A stretch of DNA of 62,952 nt from an uncultured Hyphomicrobiales bacterium (GTDB lineage Bacteria; Pseudomonadota; Alphaproteobacteria; Rhizobiales; OSC116), in assembly GCA_964531635.1 (NCBI GenBank), contig CAZHCZ010000003.1:1-62952 (forward strand). Reading direction: 5' to 3'. The notes beneath the pieces are model-generated. The model searched no databases. It saw only the letters and a list, made by a program, of their open reading frames with translations, and had not been told where the DNA came from. Every line of letters starts with the position of its first letter. Positions within the stretch are counted from its first letter, which is position 1. Below, one piece after another: positions 37,938-46,000 of this stretch. The position numbers were made by a program, and so were the translations under genes.

Positions 37938-39420
37938 TGTTTAAGTGTTTATTTGTGTGTTCTGCCAGTTTGTCTAGGGTGTTTTCTATGTTTAGGTTGT
38001 AGTTTTGGGCAGCGGGTTGGTTTAGGAAATTTTGTCTGAAGCTGTCATTTGAGAAAATTCCGTGTAGATAGCTACCCATAACTTGACCGTTTTTTGAAGT
38101 TGCACCTAGGTTTCTTGAGTCTATTTTAAACATTGGCTTGTCCATATCTTTGCCTGTGCTTTTTCCTAGATGAATTTCATAAGCCGATATTTTATTACCG
38201 TTTAAGTCTGTTGCCTCTACTAGGTTTGTTGATTTTTCGAGTGTTATTTCGGTTTCTATATCTAAAAGACCCAAGCCTTTAATTTTAGCTTTTTTACTCT
38301 CGATTTGATTTGGGTCGGTTATTGTTTTTCCTAGCATTTGGAAACCACCGCAAATTCCTAATATTTTGCCGCCATGGCGTAGGTGAGATTTTATATCAAT
38401 ATCCCAACCTTGGGCGTATAGAAACTCTAAATCGGCAATGGTCGACTTTGAACCCGGTAGAATTATTAAATCGGCATTTATGGGCAGTGGTTTGCCCGGC
38501 TTTATAATTCTTACTTCGACATTAGGCATTTGTGATAACGGGTCTAAATCATCGAAATTGGATATTTGTGGTAGTTTTGGCACCAATATTAGTATTTTTT
38601 TGGTGGTAGATACTTGTGGTTTTTCTAACACCACGCTGTCTTCAGCGGGTAATAAATGCGCATCGGGGAAGTATGGCAATATGCCTAGACATTGCCAGCC
38701 TGTCATTTTTTCGATTTGGGTTGTCGCATCATCAAATAAACTAATATCGCCACGAAATTTATTGATTATAAAGCCTTTTATGCGGTCCCTATCGGCTTTG
38801 CACATAACTTCATATGTACCGACTATGGAAGCAATAACTCCGCCCCTATCAATGTCGCCAATTAAAATAACGGGGAGGTTTGCTTGCTCGGCAAAGCCCA
38901 TATTGGCGATATCGTTCTTGCGTAAATTCACCTCGGCTGGGCTGCCAGCGCCTTCGACTATAATTAAGTTATGCGCGGCTTTTAGTGCCGAGAAACACTC
39001 TAGAATGGTTTTTAAAAATTTTGATTTATACTGGTAATATTGTTTGGCTGTAAGACTTTTGAATTTTTTACCATTAATAATGACTTGGCTGCCTGTTTCA
39101 CTTTCGGGCTTTAAGAGAATTGGGTTCATATGTGTGGTGGGGGCTATTTTAGCCGCCTTTGCTTGTAGCCATTGAGCGCGACCAATTTCGCCCATTTGCA
39201 TGGTTGGTTTTTGAGCTTTAATATCGAATATCTGCGCAATTGCCGCATTGTTGGACATATTTTGCGACTTAAATGGTGCAACTTTAATCTTTTGATTGGC
39301 AAATAGACGGCAAAGTGCGGCTACAATAAGCGATTTACCAACATCTGAGCCTGTTCCCATGAACATAATTTGCCCATTTAAGGGTTTATTTTCATTGTCA
39401 TATTGCCAAATGTTTTTCAT
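37903..39420 (-). CDS. cobQ: Cobyric acid synthase CobQ/CbiP
   Basis: 505 aa. IMFMGTGSDVGKSLIVAALCR, EGAGSPAEVNL, and a C-terminal GATase with GICGGFQMLG. Confidence 0.85.
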   Translation of the reverse strand: MKNIWQYDNENKPLNGQIMFMGTGSDVGKSLIVAALCRLFANQKIKVAPFKSQNMSNNAAIAQIFDIKAQKPTMQMGEIGRAQWLQAKAAKIAPTTHMNPILLKPESETGSQVIINGKKFKSLTAKQYYQYKSKFLKTILECFSALKAAHNLIIVEGAGSPAEVNLRKNDIANMGFAEQANLPVILIGDIDRGGVIASIVGTYEVMCKADRDRIKGFIINKFRGDISLFDDATTQIEKMTGWQCLGILPYFPDAHLLPAEDSVVLEKPQVSTTKKILILVPKLPQISNFDDLDPLSQMPNVEVRIIKPGKPLPINADLIILPGSKSTIADLEFLYAQGWDIDIKSHLRHGGKILGICGGFQMLGKTITDPNQIESKKAKIKGLGLLDIETEITLEKSTNLVEATDLNGNKISAYEIHLGKSTGKDMDKPMFKIDSRNLGATSKNGQVMGSYLHGIFSNDSFRQNFLNQPAAQNYNLNIENTLDKLAEHTNKHLNIKQIMQIATSK

Positions 39421-39473
39421 GTGTTAGGGTCACAAAAGTTATTTAAAACACCTAATACTATACTCAAAAATTT

Positions 39474-41774
39474 ATGAGCTGTAAAATGAATCCTAGTGCT
39501 AAATTTTTTGACTTTATTAGTGATAAAATTATTACATATCCCAAATTGGTTTTAACCCTTGTTTTGGCATTTACTGTTTTTTTGGGAGTTGGCATTACTC
39601 AACTAAAGATTGAGGGAGCAATCGGTAATATATTCAACCCAAAAAGTAGTTATGTTACTGATTTTTCGGAGCTTTTGAATAATTTTGAAAATTTAGAACG
39701 CGAAATTATTATTATGGTTGAAGCCGACGATATTCTGGCTAAAACCACCCGCAATGAAATTAGCAACCTACATTTACAGTTAGAATTTTTAGACAGTATA
39801 GAATCCGTAATATCTATTGCATCTTTACGTGACAGCCCAACCAACCCTAATAATATTGGGCAATTAATGGCGGGCGGTAATTTTGACAAATATGGCAGAG
39901 ATGTTATTTTGCAAAAATTACACAACCACCCCATCGCCAAACAACGCTTAATATCTAAAGATGGCCGCGAGGCTATGCTTATTATTACCTTAAAGTCGCA
40001 TGACACCCATAACACCACATTAGAAGCTGTCAATAAACAGGCCGATTTATTGGCTAGGCAAGAATTAAAAACCAGTAAATATTATTTCACTGGGTTTTTA
40101 GCCGTTTCGTCGCAAATTGTTTCGGCAATTTTAAATGACCAAATTACCTTTGTTATTGGTGGTGCGCTTTTAGGCTTATTATTTGGTTATTTGTTTTTTA
40201 AACACACTGCTTTGGTTATGGCAACTGCTATACCATCGGTGCTTTCTATTTTTTGGACATTAGGCGCAATGGGCTGGGCGGGTATAAGTGTTAACGTTAT
40301 GACCAATGTAGTGCCCACCATAATATTGGTTATTGCCTTTGCCGATGCTATGCATATAGTCGATGCAATAAGGCGGCATTTAAAGCTTGGCGAAACACCT
40401 AAAGCCGCTATTGCTTATGCCATAAAAACTGTTGGCCCTGCTTGCGCATTTACCACTATAACCACTTCTATTGCCTTCTTTTCCTTAAGCTTTGCCAATA
40501 CGCCAATTATTGCCGAATTTGGGCGTGCCGCCGCGATGGGTACATTTTTGGCGTTGCTTGCATCGTTGGTTTTAAGTGGGCTAATTTGTTTGCTTTTTGT
40601 GCGATATATACCCATTAAAGTCGAACCAGAACTTGCTTACACCAATGGTATTGTTCATCATAAAATGGTGAAAATATCACAGTTTTTTGGGAACTTATCC
40701 GTTAAACATGCAAAAAAAATTGTTGCCTTTGGAGTTTTTCTTTTATTGGTAAGTGGGCTTATTCATTTTCAAAACAGCCCTGAATATCGTTATTCGGAAA
40801 ATTTGCCGCAAGACAACCCAGCGACTTATGCTATTGGTGTTATTGATGAAAAGTTAGGTGGTATTAACAGCCTTTATTATATTGTTTCGCGCAAAGACAA
40901 GCAACCTTTAGACTTTGCCAACCCAGATGTTATACAATTGCTTACGCAAATTGATGGCTTAATTGAGAGTGAAAAAACTTATAAAAGCAGCCTGTCGATA
41001 TTTATGCTTAGAGATTGGCTGAGCTATGGCGACAACAAACTTTCTTTAAATGAAGTTCTTAATAAATTACCCAAAAAATTTACCAAGCGCTTTATTACTG
41101 ATGATAAAAAATCTATTATCACCACCGCATTTACTGGAGATATTGGCGCGCGCGCGTTAAGACCGTTTTTACGAGATATGCGAGTGGGTATACAAAAAAT
41201 ATTGGTTGGTAAAAGTGATGAGTATAGGATTGTTTTAACAGGGCTTGCCGCAATGAGCGCTGAAGAAAGCTCGGAAATGATTGGCGAACTAAATTATGGC
41301 TTATTAATTGCGATGGGTATTATTATTGTTTTAATGGGCGTGGTTTTCAAATCTAGTTTTTATGCCTTTGCCAGTATATTGCCAAATTTATTGCCTATTG
41401 TGGCGGGGGGGGCTTTGTTGTATTTTATTGCCGATGGTTTGCAATTCACTTCGGTTATCGCCCTTACTATTGCTTTTGGCATAGCCGTAGATGATAGCAT
41501 TCATTTTTTATATCAGTATAAACAAAATAAGAAAAAATATGAAACATCTGAAGCAATTGACCGAACATTAAAGCAGGTTGGCCCTGTTTTAATTGCTACA
41601 ACATTTATGTTATCGGCAGGTTTGGGCTTGTTGTTTTTTTCGGATTTACCACAAATGAGTTTATTCGGTATAGTGGTTATATTTATTCTTAATGTTGCTT
41701 TATTAGCCGACATTGCCATATTACCGTCAATATTTTATATAAAAGATAAAATTAAGAATGAAAACAAATTATAA
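39474..41774 (+). CDS. MMPL/RND-superfamily membrane transporter (paralog of 2934..5282)
   Basis: 766 aa with the same two-block TM architecture. FADAMHIVDAIRR and AFGIAVDDSIHFLYQY motifs parallel those of the first copy. By eye the two proteins are only distantly similar. Confidence 0.7.
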   Translation: MSCKMNPSAKFFDFISDKIITYPKLVLTLVLAFTVFLGVGITQLKIEGAIGNIFNPKSSYVTDFSELLNNFENLEREIIIMVEADDILAKTTRNEISNLHLQLEFLDSIESVISIASLRDSPTNPNNIGQLMAGGNFDKYGRDVILQKLHNHPIAKQRLISKDGREAMLIITLKSHDTHNTTLEAVNKQADLLARQELKTSKYYFTGFLAVSSQIVSAILNDQITFVIGGALLGLLFGYLFFKHTALVMATAIPSVLSIFWTLGAMGWAGISVNVMTNVVPTIILVIAFADAMHIVDAIRRHLKLGETPKAAIAYAIKTVGPACAFTTITTSIAFFSLSFANTPIIAEFGRAAAMGTFLALLASLVLSGLICLLFVRYIPIKVEPELAYTNGIVHHKMVKISQFFGNLSVKHAKKIVAFGVFLLLVSGLIHFQNSPEYRYSENLPQDNPATYAIGVIDEKLGGINSLYYIVSRKDKQPLDFANPDVIQLLTQIDGLIESEKTYKSSLSIFMLRDWLSYGDNKLSLNEVLNKLPKKFTKRFITDDKKSIITTAFTGDIGARALRPFLRDMRVGIQKILVGKSDEYRIVLTGLAAMSAEESSEMIGELNYGLLIAMGIIIVLMGVVFKSSFYAFASILPNLLPIVAGGALLYFIADGLQFTSVIALTIAFGIAVDDSIHFLYQYKQNKKKYETSEAIDRTLKQVGPVLIATTFMLSAGLGLLFFSDLPQMSLFGIVVIFILNVALLADIAILPSIFYIKDKIKNENKL

Positions 41775-41784
41775 AGGAATTTAT

Positions 41785-42366
41785 ATGCGCCGTGCAATTA
41801 TAACACTCTCTATTTTATCGACTGGTTTATTGGCTGTTATTACACCCAGTATGGCTATGGCTAACAATCATATTAGTGCTGATGTTCAAAAGCTTTTAAA
41901 CTTTTCACGTTTAACAAACGAACATGAGTTTTTAGGGCGTTTAAAAGGCAAGTGGAATGGCAGAGGTACGCTTAAAGCCAACGCCAATGGCGCTGTTGAA
42001 AAAATATTATGCAAGGCCAATTATAAATTAATATTGGGCAAACGGTTTGTAGAACAAACCACCGTTTGCAAAGGCGCTGGCTTTACCTTTAATGGCGTTG
42101 CATTTTTTGGCTATGATTTAATGAATAAATACTATGTCGGCACCAGCATGTCCGATGTTGATAATGGCATTTCGCAATTGACTGGGCAGCGCAAAGGCAA
42201 TGTTATTAACTTTACCATTACCCATAATAACACCAGTTTAAGAAAGCGCGTAAACAGTAAAGCCAGCATAGAGATTGATGCCGATGGGCGGCATAAATAT
42301 ACTGTGTTCGGCAAAGATGAAAATGGCAAAACCGTACCAACTTTTACGGTTTCATATACGCGTTGA
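41785..42366 (+). CDS. Secreted DUF1579-like protein
   Basis: ATG 41785 follows AAAGGA. Signal peptide MRRAIITLSILSTGLLAVITPSMAMA. EHEFLGRLKGKWNGRG resembles the DUF1579 start (eH..L..l.G.W.G.g). Confidence 0.5.
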   Translation: MRRAIITLSILSTGLLAVITPSMAMANNHISADVQKLLNFSRLTNEHEFLGRLKGKWNGRGTLKANANGAVEKILCKANYKLILGKRFVEQTTVCKGAGFTFNGVAFFGYDLMNKYYVGTSMSDVDNGISQLTGQRKGNVINFTITHNNTSLRKRVNSKASIEIDADGRHKYTVFGKDENGKTVPTFTVSYTR

Positions 42367-42377
42367 AGGTATAAAGC

Positions 42378-43085
42378 ATGCAGTTGGAATTTATTGCCGC
42401 TCAGCAATTAAAGCTTAAATATGCCGTATTTGGTAATTTTTATAGCCGTAATATTAATGCGCAACTTACTATAAATGGGCGCGATGTTTTGGAAATTATT
42501 GACCATAACATTTGCCCATTAATGCCGCGCGATATTGCATCTATGTTGCCTGATGCGCTGATGATTATGATGAACCCAGGCTCATCTACTCCGCTTGATG
42601 ATATTTCGGCACAAAAAACATTGCAACAATGTGATGAAATTGAACAAAATTTAGTGCGCACTAAGCCTGACACTACGCAATATCAGGTTATGCGGGTAAT
42701 GCATTATTTGGGTTGGAAACATGTTCGGGTGATTAATTTATCGGATTTACGCGAGGCAAAAAGCCCGTTATTTATCAAAAAATTTTTAATGCTTGAGAAT
42801 GAACTTGGCTTTGGTTTGCATTCTATTTTTGCGCCACAAAGGCAAAATGCGCTTAAAGCTGCTTTGCGCCGAAAAAGCAATGCGCCTATTATTAATGGCT
42901 GGGGTGTGAGTGAAAAATTAGATATTTTAATTGAGCGGGCAATGAAAAATCTGCACAATGAAAAGCCTGTTTTTGGAATTGTAAAGCCCAATTTAGAGCC
43001 TATAAAATATTTTCACCCATTGCCAACATTGCAAAGAGATAAAAATCTATGGGTTGAAAATATTGTAAAACAGCTTAACTTATAA
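42378..43085 (+). CDS. DUF1643-like protein
   Basis: 235 aa. LMIMMNPGSSTP, DTTQYQVMRVMHYLGWKHVRVINLSDLR, INGWG and YFHPLP follow the order of DUF1643 motifs (mlNPS.a / D.T......a...G......NLf / aWG / HPl). Recalled from memory. Confidence 0.45.
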   Translation: MQLEFIAAQQLKLKYAVFGNFYSRNINAQLTINGRDVLEIIDHNICPLMPRDIASMLPDALMIMMNPGSSTPLDDISAQKTLQQCDEIEQNLVRTKPDTTQYQVMRVMHYLGWKHVRVINLSDLREAKSPLFIKKFLMLENELGFGLHSIFAPQRQNALKAALRRKSNAPIINGWGVSEKLDILIERAMKNLHNEKPVFGIVKPNLEPIKYFHPLPTLQRDKNLWVENIVKQLNL

Positions 43086-43106
43086 AATAACTTATAGGAG
43101 CATAGC

Positions 43107-43931
43107 ATTTATATTCTTACGGCAATATTACTGGTTGGCAAAGCGGCTGATAAATTTATTCGAGATGATGGGTTTTTAGTTTGTGGTAATATTGCTTATT
43201 CCTTACTTTTAACGGTTTTTCCGTTTTTATTGTTTTTAACCAGTTTAACCGCATTGATTGTCGGCGATGTTAATACACAAAATGCGATTGAATATTTATT
43301 TTCTATTGCCCCTGAAGGCATTGTAAACCCTATTGCCAACGAAATTAATAACCTGATTGCCAGCAGCACTACAGCCCTTTTAACATTTTCATTTTTTATT
43401 AGTTTTTGGACGGGAATTGCCGGAGTTGAAGCCATACGCGGCGGGCTTAACCGTACTTATGACGTTACAGAAACACGCAACTTTTGGTTGCGTTTGCTGC
43501 AAAATATTTTGTTTATTATTATTGGCATTATTGGGGTTATATGTTTAACAGTTCTTATATTATTTGCGCCAAATATTGGTGATTTATTAAGTGTGTATTT
43601 TCCTAATTTTACCAGTGGAATTACCAAATTTGATATGTGGAGCTACCCTTTGGGCATATTATTACTGTGCCTAATATTATTCTCTAGCCATATGTTTTTG
43701 CCCAATATTCGCCTTAAGGCTAAAGCCTTAATTCCTGGTGTGTTATTTTCGGTTATATTGTGGCTTATTATGGCCGAACTGTTTACATTTTATTTAATAA
43801 ATTTTTCACAATATGCTGCAATTTATGGAAGCCTCGGAGGGATAATTGCAACAATGGTTTTTATTTATATATCGGCGGTTATCTTCATGTTTGGCGGAGA
43901 GCTAAATCAGTCAATAAATAAAAATAATTAA
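43107..43931 (+). CDS. YihY/BrkB (virulence factor BrkB / formerly RNase BN) family membrane protein, apparently initiated at ATT
   Basis: The ORF track starts at TTG 43230. The same frame is open from 43098 and encodes AADKFIRDDGFLVCGNIAYSLLLTVFPFLL, the conserved YihY N-terminal motif. No ATG/GTG/TTG lies upstream in frame. ATT 43107 sits 6 nt after AGGAG (43096-43100). Confidence 0.6.
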   Translation: MYILTAILLVGKAADKFIRDDGFLVCGNIAYSLLLTVFPFLLFLTSLTALIVGDVNTQNAIEYLFSIAPEGIVNPIANEINNLIASSTTALLTFSFFISFWTGIAGVEAIRGGLNRTYDVTETRNFWLRLLQNILFIIIGIIGVICLTVLILFAPNIGDLLSVYFPNFTSGITKFDMWSYPLGILLLCLILFSSHMFLPNIRLKAKALIPGVLFSVILWLIMAELFTFYLINFSQYAAIYGSLGGIIATMVFIYISAVIFMFGGELNQSINKNN

Positions 43932-43948
43932 ATTGGATAATAAAAATC

Positions 43949-43971
43949 CCCCTTGCAAACTTTGCAAGGGG
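43949..43971. terminator. Bidirectional rho-independent-type hairpin between convergent yihY-like and amtB
   Basis: CCCCTTGCAA-ACT-TTGCAAGGGG (10-bp perfect stem), flanked by an A-run on the left and a T-rich stretch on the right. Confidence 0.6.
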
Positions 43972-43987
43972 AGTAAGTTTTCTACCA

Positions 43988-45352
43988 CTAGAATTTTGAA
44001 GATGTATCAGAATGTGTGAACTCTGGGTAAGCTTGTAAACCAAGTTCGACTTGGTCAAGACCTGCCTTCTCTTCTTCTTCGCTTACGCGAATGCCTATTG
44101 TGACTTTTAGCACCAACCAAACAATGGCTGAAACCATACAAACAAAAACACCAATGGCAACAACGCCTTGCAGTTGCGCCCAGAAAGTGGCTTCACTATT
44201 GTTCGCGGCAACAATAAGTGTACCCCAAATGCCTGCAAATAAATGTACTGGAATTGCGCCCACAACATCGTCTATTTTTAATTTGTCTAGCAATGGAATG
44301 GTAAGAACCACAATAATTGCACCAACAGCACCGATACCGACCGAAGCTCCAATGCCTGGTGATAGTGGGTCGGCAGTAATAGACACTAAGCCCGCCAATG
44401 CACCGTTTAGCACCATTGTTAAATCGACCTTTTTATATAAAAGTTGAGTTAAGACAAGCGCGGTAACAACACCAGATGCTGCCGCCATGTTGGTATTGGC
44501 AAATATTTTAGCAACCGCCATTGCATCTGCACCTGAACCTAAAGCCAATTGAGAACCCCCGTTAAAGCCGAACCAACCGAACCATAGAATAAACGTGCCT
44601 AAAGTTGCTAATGGTAGGTTAGAGCCTTGAATTGGCGAAATTATTGTTTTGCCATTAACTGTGCGGTATTTTCCCAAGCGAGGCCCTAGGAATATAACGC
44701 CCATAAGCGCTGCCCAGCCACCGACGCTATGCACAAGGGTAGAGCCTGCAAAGTCGAAAAAACCTTTATCGGCCAACCAACCGCCACCCCAAACCCATGA
44801 GCCTGTAATGGGGTAAATAACACCTGTTAGAACCGCTGTAAAAGCTAAAAAAGCCCATAGTTTAACCCGTTCGGCAACTGCACCTGAAACTATAGATGCG
44901 GCAGTGGCTACAAATACCATTTGGAAAAACCAATCGGCATAAGCGGCGTAAACTGTTGCGCTATAATCACCGCCGATTGCGGCGGCATCATCGGGCGCAA
45001 ATATTGCCAATTTTCCAAAATAACCATTACCAAAACCACCATTTGCGCCATACATGAGTTGATAGCCAACAACCCAAAACATAAGACCAGCAAGAGAATA
45101 TAGCGCGATATTTTTTGTACAGATGGTTGCTACATTTTTAGACCGCACCATACCCGCTTCGAGCATTGAAAAGCCTGCCGCCATAAACATAACTAAAAAA
45201 CCACCGATTAAAAACAGTAGAGTGTTGAATATAAAGCTTGTTTCTGCGGTTACGCCAACATGGGGTGCGGCATCTTCTACCGCAAAAGCTAGTTGGCTGA
45301 GTGTTAAAACACTTGCGCCTATAATGACCGAATATTTTAATATTTTTTTCAT
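43988..45352 (-). CDS. amtB: Ammonium transporter AmtB
   Basis: 454 aa. Signal peptide, then Amt signatures (FMAAGFSMLEAGMVRSKN, DFAGSTLVHSVGGWAAL, GAIPVHLFAGIWG). Confidence 0.9.
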   Translation of the reverse strand: MKKILKYSVIIGASVLTLSQLAFAVEDAAPHVGVTAETSFIFNTLLFLIGGFLVMFMAAGFSMLEAGMVRSKNVATICTKNIALYSLAGLMFWVVGYQLMYGANGGFGNGYFGKLAIFAPDDAAAIGGDYSATVYAAYADWFFQMVFVATAASIVSGAVAERVKLWAFLAFTAVLTGVIYPITGSWVWGGGWLADKGFFDFAGSTLVHSVGGWAALMGVIFLGPRLGKYRTVNGKTIISPIQGSNLPLATLGTFILWFGWFGFNGGSQLALGSGADAMAVAKIFANTNMAAASGVVTALVLTQLLYKKVDLTMVLNGALAGLVSITADPLSPGIGASVGIGAVGAIIVVLTIPLLDKLKIDDVVGAIPVHLFAGIWGTLIVAANNSEATFWAQLQGVVAIGVFVCMVSAIVWLVLKVTIGIRVSEEEEKAGLDQVELGLQAYPEFTHSDTSSKF

Positions 45353-45425
45353 GGGTTTACTCCTAATTATCTGACAGCTTATAGAACTGCTTAGCCCTGC
45401 TTAAATGAATAAGTATTTGTTACAT

Positions 45426-45442
45426 ATCAAGAAGTGTGCCAA
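45426..45442 (-). promoter_or_regulatory. Sigma-54-like -24/-12 element upstream of amtB (imperfect -12)
   Basis: The minus strand reads TGGCAC-ACTTC-TTGAT with correct GG/-12 spacing, about 75 nt upstream of the amtB ATG. The -12 is TTGA rather than TTGC. A GGTG-N12-CACC dyad at 45560-45579 lies about 130 bp further upstream. Confidence 0.3.
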
Positions 45443-45610
45443 ACATTTACGGGCTGTTAACGTTTTGTTTTATATGGAGGTTTGTTATTTTGGCAGATAT
45501 GATAGCAGACTTACGTCTAAAATATAGGCGACTGTGAATAGTTTGCCTAAAAAACAGGCGGTGAAATATAATTTCCACCACAAATTCCAGACATTCATTT
45601 GTCGCCAAAA

Positions 45611-45751
45611 ACCCGCAGTATTTGCAGGAGCGCTAACTTTCTTATATTGGGGCTTTGGGAGCTATTCAGGGTAAGTTATTAGCCGATGTGAGAATGTGCC
45701 GTAAAGGTGGTTAAGTGAAAGTAAGTTGGCGCTCCTGTATATGCTGCGGGT
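45611..45751 (+). repeat. Long imperfect inverted repeat (27-nt arms, extendable to ~37 nt) enclosing ~65-87 nt: candidate structured RNA or MITE-like element
   Basis: ACCCGCAGTATTTGCAGGAGCGCTAAC (45611-45637) pairs with GTTGGCGCTCCTGTATATGCTGCGGGT (45725-45751) at 26/27 positions if G.U is allowed. All three non-Watson-Crick pairs are G.U on the plus-strand transcript and would be A.C on the minus. Pairing continues inward to about 45648/45714. Confidence 0.5.
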
Positions 45752-46000
45752 TCTTGCATTTATACAGTCGCTTAAGCTCCTTGTTAGCACTTGCGTGCGC
45801 GCTTATGCGCTTGCCTGCCGCGCGTCTGCCTGCCTTTTCTACATCTTCGGCTTCCACTCGCACTCGCTGAAATGTTGGTGGTTCTTGGTGGCAAACGAAA
45901 GTTTGGGGTTTGTTATGGAAAACTCTATAAAACCTTATTAAAGGGTGGTTTTTTGGGTCTAACTTTCTTAATATTGCTAATTTAAGTGGTACAGTTCAAA

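Noticed and set aside
2934-41774. The two inverted MMPL paralogs as recombination substrates that could invert the ~34-kb segment between them
   Set aside because: By eye the proteins are only distantly similar (roughly a quarter to a third identical in the aligned N-termini). No nucleotide-level repeats long enough for homologous recombination are evident.
45491-45507. Plus-strand TGGCAG-N-ATAGCA resembling a sigma-54 promoter pointing toward the inverted-repeat element
   Set aside because: The GG-to-GC spacing is one nucleotide too long relative to the TGGCAC-N5-TTGCA consensus, which normally abolishes function.
45891-45941. tmRNA-like tag reading frame GCA AAC GAA ... (ANESLGFVMENSIKPY*)
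   Set aside because: It starts like an alphaproteobacterial ssrA tag (AN[DE]...). However, it does not end in the usual hydrophobic ..AA, and I find no tRNA-like acceptor/T-arm (GGTTCGAnTCC...ACCA) nearby.
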